Assembly (NCBI GenBank): GCA_965222225.1
Contig: CBDCTK010000002.1
Location: 3,744,001 to 3,808,000, forward strand
DNA: 64,000 bases
Direction of reading: 5' to 3'
Source of the DNA: Candidatus Poribacteria bacterium
GTDB taxonomy: Bacteria > Poribacteria > WGA-4E > JAJDTR01
Numbering within the stretch: position 1 is the stretch's first letter; each line of letters starts with the position of its first letter. A program made the translations under genes and the position numbers. Shown here piece by piece: positions 58,691 to 64,000 of the stretch. Below the pieces are notes generated by a model. It made no database searches, was not told the DNA's origin, and saw only the letters and a list, made by a program, of their open reading frames with translations.

Positions 58691-59368
58691 TTAGTCTTTT
58701 TCAGGCAGAATGCACTCGGGTGAGTCGTTCCTCGGTTGATTAACCAGACGTGAAACCGTGTAGGCAGTCATCTCCTCCGCAGGATATGGCTCAAGAACGA
58801 GATCGAGATTGGAAGGAGTTTGTTCGGCCGGATTCAACCACAACTCATATGCCTCTTCGTCCAGAATTACTGGCATCCGGTGGTGAATCTGCTCCAACAT
58901 TTCGTTGGGCGGACAGGTGATGATTGTGCAAGACAGCAGACTATCTTCTTCCCCCGGGGGCCGCCATGCTTCCCAAAGCCCAGCGAATGCGAAGGGTTTG
59001 TTAGATGCCATTCGGATGTAAAACGGTGTTTTCGGTTCGCGACCCGACTCTTGTCGCCACTCATAATAACCGTCGGCTAGGACGAGACAACGCCGACGTT
59101 TATATGCAGTTCGGAAGGAAGGCTTCTCAGCAAGTGTCTCCGACCTCGCATTGATCATTCGATTCCCGATTTTCGGGTCTTTTGCCCAAGCAGGGATCAG
59201 CCCCCACTGAAAGAACTCGATTCTGTTCTCACCGTTGTTTGGGGCTACCGCGACGCTCTGGGTTGGCGCGATATTATAACGCGGCGAAAACTCGTCGGGA
59301 ATATCGAATTCAGGCAGTATCTCTGCTATGCTAACAGGTGTCGCTGCGAGCGTGTAACGTCCACACAT
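58691..59368 (-). CDS. SOS response-associated peptidase (SRAP, YedK/HMCES family)
   Basis: MCGRY start, RYNIAPTQ, WGLIP, INARSET, YYEW, IHHRMPVIL. Confidence 0.95.
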   Translation of the reverse strand: MCGRYTLAATPVSIAEILPEFDIPDEFSPRYNIAPTQSVAVAPNNGENRIEFFQWGLIPAWAKDPKIGNRMINARSETLAEKPSFRTAYKRRRCLVLADGYYEWRQESGREPKTPFYIRMASNKPFAFAGLWEAWRPPGEEDSLLSCTIITCPPNEMLEQIHHRMPVILDEEAYELWLNPAEQTPSNLDLVLEPYPAEEMTAYTVSRLVNQPRNDSPECILPEKD

Positions 59369-59999
59369 AAGCATCTCTGTTTTGGTCGAAATAATTGTTA
59401 TTTTTTTTAGCGCATCTATTTCCGGAGGAATTCATTATAGCACATCCAAAAATTCATGCCGAATTTTTTCTTGACTAACTTAACGTATGTATGGTATTGT
59501 GTCGGTATTATTGGTTGGAGTGGAGGGAAAACAACCATATTTACACGTGCTTAAAGCGGAGATTGGTTATGTTCGCGTGCCTGCTCATTTATAATTGTGA
59601 CGAGTGCTCTATTCAAATCGGCGAATTACTAGCTTTCTATTCATCAAAATGGGAACTTGGGGATGGTGGCGTCATCTATACAGATTTCGGCAGTATCGGC
59701 GATCGAATTCAAGTGTTGATTTATGAACTAAAACTCAGGGAGATGCAAGCCCGTATAGGTGTTGCCCCCTCGCGTTTTGCCAGCTTCGTCGCCGCCCACG
59801 CTGTCGACGTTGAAACGCCTCTCTTCATATCGCCGGTGCAGCTTGAGGCCTTCCTGGCTGACCAAAGCGTTTCATATCTCCCAATCTCCGGCAAGAACCA
59901 AGAACGTTTGGGGATGTTGGGACTACGGACATTAGGTCAGGTCGCACGCATTGATGTCCGTGAACTCGTAAATCAATTCGGACGGGAGGGCCAATTCAT

Positions 60000-61043
60000 T
60001 AGGAGTTACGCAGTTGGCTGAAGCGTATAAAGAGGTTGTGCCAAATAAGCCCGTACCGCATCTCTGACAATAGAGAGTTTTGCATCAAACCAACTGATAC
60101 CGGTATGATAGCAATAGTGCTCAATTCTCAGAAAGGCTCTCAGCGCTAAACCGATATGATTTCTTTGAGTGCGAGCAGAGCGCACTTGTGCGCGTTCAAT
60201 GCCAACAAATTGCTTAATCCCGCGATGATATTCTTCTATTGTCCAAGACCATTCGGCATATTTGAGACGCGTCAATTCGTCCATCTGTAAATCATTCGTT
60301 GCCCAATATTCAATGTCACCTTCTGGAGTGTCAACCTTAAATACTCGAATCAATCCATAGCCTTTGAGATGGACAATTGTACCTGTTGATTCACTCGGAA
60401 GCGTACTCACCGGACGGTTACCGGAATAATCTTTACTGACAAGTCGGTTGGCAGCTAGACGAGTAAGCCACTTCCAACCATGACCTCGCACCGCTTTTAG
60501 ATTCTTTAGACTGGCATACCAACTATCAAAACACACACATTCAGGAGCAAAACCGCGTGTTTTCGCTTCTTCAAGCATGGCGCGGAAATGCTCATTCTTC
60601 GTCAAGCCGTCTTTGGCTTTATCATAGATTCGATAATCACACGGAATATGTCTATCGCCATCCGTCCAGAGCAAAGTGACCAAGTTAATCCCATTCACAA
60701 CTCGGTGGTGTTTCCCTGACCAGTGTTTTGTCACGAGTTCAATCTTTTGTGAATAAGGTTTATCCAGAGTCGAGTCATCTATAACTAAAATTCCGGATTC
60801 TAATTTCACCTGATTTCTCGATTCTTGCCACAGTTTGCCAGTATCGGGTTCCTCTCGATGCAAGAGCCGTGTTATCGAATCGTGAGCCGGAGGATTATCA
60901 GCTTGGGGTTGAACTTTTTCCGATTCAAGACAACTGTAACTTTTCTGAGCGGCTACCAAGAAATCAATATAGTCAGTGTCAGTATATTTAGGGGGATTCA
61001 TACTCAAATTATAACCTATTTTCACTCAACTGCGTAACTCCTA
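60000..61043 (-). mobile_element. Intact IS701/ISH3-type insertion sequence
   Basis: 17-bp perfect TIRs TAGGAGTTACGCAGTTG (60000-60016 / 61027-61043); 5-bp TSD TTCAT (59995-59999 / 61044-61048). Confidence 0.95.
60006..61001 (-). CDS. DDE transposase (IS701/ISH3-like)
   Basis: IDDSTLDKPY, FDSWY, WTIEEYHRGIKQ. Confidence 0.93.
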   Translation of the reverse strand: MNPPKYTDTDYIDFLVAAQKSYSCLESEKVQPQADNPPAHDSITRLLHREEPDTGKLWQESRNQVKLESGILVIDDSTLDKPYSQKIELVTKHWSGKHHRVVNGINLVTLLWTDGDRHIPCDYRIYDKAKDGLTKNEHFRAMLEEAKTRGFAPECVCFDSWYASLKNLKAVRGHGWKWLTRLAANRLVSKDYSGNRPVSTLPSESTGTIVHLKGYGLIRVFKVDTPEGDIEYWATNDLQMDELTRLKYAEWSWTIEEYHRGIKQFVGIERAQVRSARTQRNHIGLALRAFLRIEHYCYHTGISWFDAKLSIVRDAVRAYLAQPLYTLQPTA

Positions 61044-61414
61044 TTCATGTCGGAATTGGCGCGGGGAATAGACTCGACGCCGCTGCCATCCCAACGGCCA
61101 CCCGCTGACGCGGACGAAGGCATGTGGCAGATGGGCATATGGGACAGTCGAGAAGGCACTGAAACTCATCGGCAACCTGCCCCAACAACCATTGTCTCTG
61201 ACGACGCGGGTTATCCACAGTCACTTCTTATTAATGGCATGGAAGTCTTTATTACCGATATTGTCGACCTCTGGACAATCGAGAATCGATGGTGGACGGA
61301 GCAAAGAACAAATTGCGAATACTTCGAGGTAGTTGAATTGGGGGCAAAATCAACTTCCATTCTCTGCCACGATCTTGACCATGGCGAATGGTACATACAC
61401 TAAGATGGGACTCT

Positions 61415-64000
61415 ATGAAATACGCTGAACTTCACTGTCACAGCCATTACTCCTTCCTGAATGGGACATCCAGTCCCGCCGAACTCGTAGAACAGGCGGT
61501 TAAGCTAGGGTTGAAAGGCCTCGCGCTAACAGATGACGACGGGCTCTACAGCGTTATACCCTTCGTAAGAAAATGCGAAGAACTCGGGTTGCCATATTGC
61601 GTCGGAGCATCAATTACAGTAGGACAGGATAACACGGAATTGGAGCCACAGACAGGGCAACACAATGACGATTATATTATTCTGCTATGTCAGAACCTGA
61701 CGGGCTATCACAATCTGTCGCAACTGATTACCCGCGCCCGACACGCCCGACCAAAGGGCGAAGCCAGAGCGACGCTTGAGGCAATCAACGAACTGTCGGA
61801 AGGGCTGATATGCCTCGTGGGCGGGAAGGAAGGCAACATCCCTAAGCTGATCCTAGACAATCAGATAGGAAGAGCGAGCGCAGCCATCGAGATCTACCGT
61901 GAAATCTTTAGCGACAATAGGCTCTATGTCGAACTCGTCAACCACCGTGAACCTGGCGATTTTGCTCGGTGTAGGAAGTTGTATCAACTAGCGTCCGAAT
62001 TAGGCTTAGAATGTGTTCCCACAAACGGCGTTCGCTACGCCAGCCAGGATAAAGCCACGCTATACGACGTGTTACGGTGTATTGCACACAAAGTGACGCT
62101 GGATAAATCCGATGCCATCCGTCCGCAAAACCACCAACGCTATCTCAAAAGTGCTAACGCCATGGGAAAGCTGTTCGCTGAAATACCGAACGCACTAAGA
62201 AACACAGGACACATTCTCGATCAATGTCAGCTCGACCTGGATTTTACCGAATACCGATTCCCCGACTTCCCGACGCCGGAAGGGAATACCGATGAATCTT
62301 ATTTGATAACTTTGTGCGAGGAGCAGCTCCCCAGAAAATATGCTGTAGTAACCGCTGAGGTTAAGGAAAGGCTCAAGGAGGAGTTGAGTCTCATTATACG
62401 ACTCGGCCTCGCGGGTTACTTTCTCGTGGTCTGGGATATTGTGGCGTTCGCACGGTTACAGCGAATCCCCGTTCAGGGCAGGGGTTCCGCAGCGAATTCG
62501 TTGGTGGCGTATCTCCTTGATATCACGCCTGTTGACCCTATCAAGTACAATCTGTTCTTCGGGCGATTTCTGAACGACGCGAAAACCACCATCCCCGACA
62601 TCGATCTTGACTTCGCCGCCTCGCGGAACGCGCACCTCGCTGATAGAGAAGATGTCATTCAGTATGTCCATAAGAAATACGGGTTCCAATGCGTGGCGTT
62701 GGCGTGCACCTTCATCACGTACCAAGTGCGCGGGGCGATTCGGGAAGTGGGAAAAGTGTTCGGCATTCCCAATCGTATTTTAGACAAGATGTCACGCTTG
62801 GCAGAGGGGCAGAATGTGTCCTCCGCTTTTGATAAGATTGATGAACTAGAAGAATTTGCGTCCTACGCTAGTCGCCCGATCTGGAAACACTTTCGGGAGC
62901 ATGTCGAAGCGATTATCGGGACACCTCGCCACCTGTCGATGCACCTAGGAGGCATGGTGGTTACTTCCCGCAATCTCTCAACGCTCGTGCCGTTAGAACC
63001 CGCACGTATGCAAGGTCGGCGCGTCTGTCAGTGGGATAAAGATATGATTGAGGACGCAGGCCTGATCAAAGTTGATCTCCTCGGCTTGGGCATGCTTGCT
63101 GTCGTGCGGGAGACCGTGGGCTTGATTGCTGATGCCCACGGCGTTGACATTGACCTCGCCGCCATCCCGCCCGGCGACCCAAACGTCTATGATATGCTCG
63201 CGGTTTCTGATGTCATCGGCGTGTTCCAAGTCGAATCTCGCGTACAGATGTCCACTTTGCCGCGCATCAAACCAAGATCGGTAGACGAACTGGCAATCCA
63301 AATAGCGCTGATCAGGCCAGGGCCGGTACAGGGGAACATGGTGTCGCCCTATCTCCTCCGGAGAACGAACAGAGAGGCGGTTCGATATTCACACTCGGAA
63401 CTTGAGAGTATTCTTAAGGAGACCTTGGGAGTAATCCTCTTTCAGGAACAAGTGCTTCAAGTCATCTGTCGCATCGCCGGATATTCGCCAGGTCAAGCAG
63501 AAAATCTCAGACGCAATTTGAACAAGACTCGGTCTAAGAAAGCGGTTGCCGAAATGCAAGGTGCATTTGTCGCGGCAGCCATGCAGAATGACGTATCACG
63601 CCACGACGCCACAGAGATCTTCGGCTATGTCGCAGGGTTTGCGGGATACGGATTTTGCAAGTCCCATGCACTGTCGTTTGCACATCTCGTTTATCAAGCC
63701 GCCTGGCTGAAATATTATTATCCTGACGCTTTTCTCGCGGCCCTCTTGAACAATCAGCCGCTCGGCTTTTATCCGACCGATGTGCTCATTAACGATGCAA
63801 AACGCCGATCCATTCGAATCTTGCCTGTAGACGTGAACCAAAGCAAAGCGCGTTGTACTGTCGAAAGCAAGGGAACTGTGCGTTTGAGTCTTACTTGCGT
63901 CAAAGGACTCAGTTTACCCAAGGCTCAGCAGGTGCAAACTGCTCGTCGCACGGGGGAATTTGTGTCCATAGAGGACTTTGTGCGACGCACCGAACTCGAT
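61415..64000 (+). CDS. dnaE2: Error-prone DNA polymerase DnaE2 (3' truncated by window edge; absent from ORF track)
   Basis: MKYAELHCHSHYSFL, QGRGSAANS, PDIDLDF, QWDKDMIE, GVFQVESR, GFCKSHA, LLNNQPLGFY; downstream of an imuB-like gene. Confidence 0.92.
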   Translation, partial: MKYAELHCHSHYSFLNGTSSPAELVEQAVKLGLKGLALTDDDGLYSVIPFVRKCEELGLPYCVGASITVGQDNTELEPQTGQHNDDYIILLCQNLTGYHNLSQLITRARHARPKGEARATLEAINELSEGLICLVGGKEGNIPKLILDNQIGRASAAIEIYREIFSDNRLYVELVNHREPGDFARCRKLYQLASELGLECVPTNGVRYASQDKATLYDVLRCIAHKVTLDKSDAIRPQNHQRYLKSANAMGKLFAEIPNALRNTGHILDQCQLDLDFTEYRFPDFPTPEGNTDESYLITLCEEQLPRKYAVVTAEVKERLKEELSLIIRLGLAGYFLVVWDIVAFARLQRIPVQGRGSAANSLVAYLLDITPVDPIKYNLFFGRFLNDAKTTIPDIDLDFAASRNAHLADREDVIQYVHKKYGFQCVALACTFITYQVRGAIREVGKVFGIPNRILDKMSRLAEGQNVSSAFDKIDELEEFASYASRPIWKHFREHVEAIIGTPRHLSMHLGGMVVTSRNLSTLVPLEPARMQGRRVCQWDKDMIEDAGLIKVDLLGLGMLAVVRETVGLIADAHGVDIDLAAIPPGDPNVYDMLAVSDVIGVFQVESRVQMSTLPRIKPRSVDELAIQIALIRPGPVQGNMVSPYLLRRTNREAVRYSHSELESILKETLGVILFQEQVLQVICRIAGYSPGQAENLRRNLNKTRSKKAVAEMQGAFVAAAMQNDVSRHDATEIFGYVAGFAGYGFCKSHALSFAHLVYQAAWLKYYYPDAFLAALLNNQPLGFYPTDVLINDAKRRSIRILPVDVNQSKARCTVESKGTVRLSLTCVKGLSLPKAQQVQTARRTGEFVSIEDFVRRTELD

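Larger units (their letters stand above)
59569..61403 (+). pseudogene. Short ImuB/DinB-like gene with DUF6504-like tail, interrupted by an IS
   Basis: IGVAPSRFAS...LGLRTLGQVA...FGREGQF|MSELARGID; removing the IS and one TSD restores a ~261-aa frame ending W..ENRWW...YF. Confidence 0.8.

Noticed and set aside
59380-59568. LexA/SOS box between SRAP and the imuB-like gene
   Set aside because: A plausible promoter (TTGACT at 59471) is present, but no palindrome matching a LexA motif I know

Overview
A bacterial chromosomal window. The host is most likely Candidatus Poribacteria, inferred only from a cohesin-dockerin-FlgD-like secreted protein typical of that lineage. Core genes: nicotinamidase, HDAC, menG/ubiE, infC-rpmI-rplT-(Phe T-box)-pheST, an 11-subunit complex I cluster (nuoABC-D-HIJKLMN, no nuoEFG, Rex-type box upstream), an ECF sigma factor, a histidine kinase, a degenerate P-type ATPase, and an SRAP/imuB/dnaE2 locus whose imuB-like gene is split by an intact IS. 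A ~16.5 kb accessory island (16.6-32.8 kb) holds defence-like genes (Abi-alpha-like, DUF5662 HD protein plus membrane partner, HEPN, Schlafen/AlbA, a nonsense-broken SIR2, a type IIG-like RM fusion), an IS1595 relic and an orphan terminase pair. The most striking feature is non-coding. A ~37-nt unit, GATCAA-aa-GA-bb-GRAYA-b'b'-GA-a'a'-GCGATAG-(7-8 nt), occurs about 45 times (manual count including partial copies). Its variable dinucleotides co-vary as base pairs around tandem G.A mismatches. It sits inside REP hairpins and inside other copies of itself (nested 2-4 deep) and lies almost entirely on one strand. It looks like a structured ssDNA micro-element that I do not recognise. All family assignments come from motif recognition by eye, not database searches.
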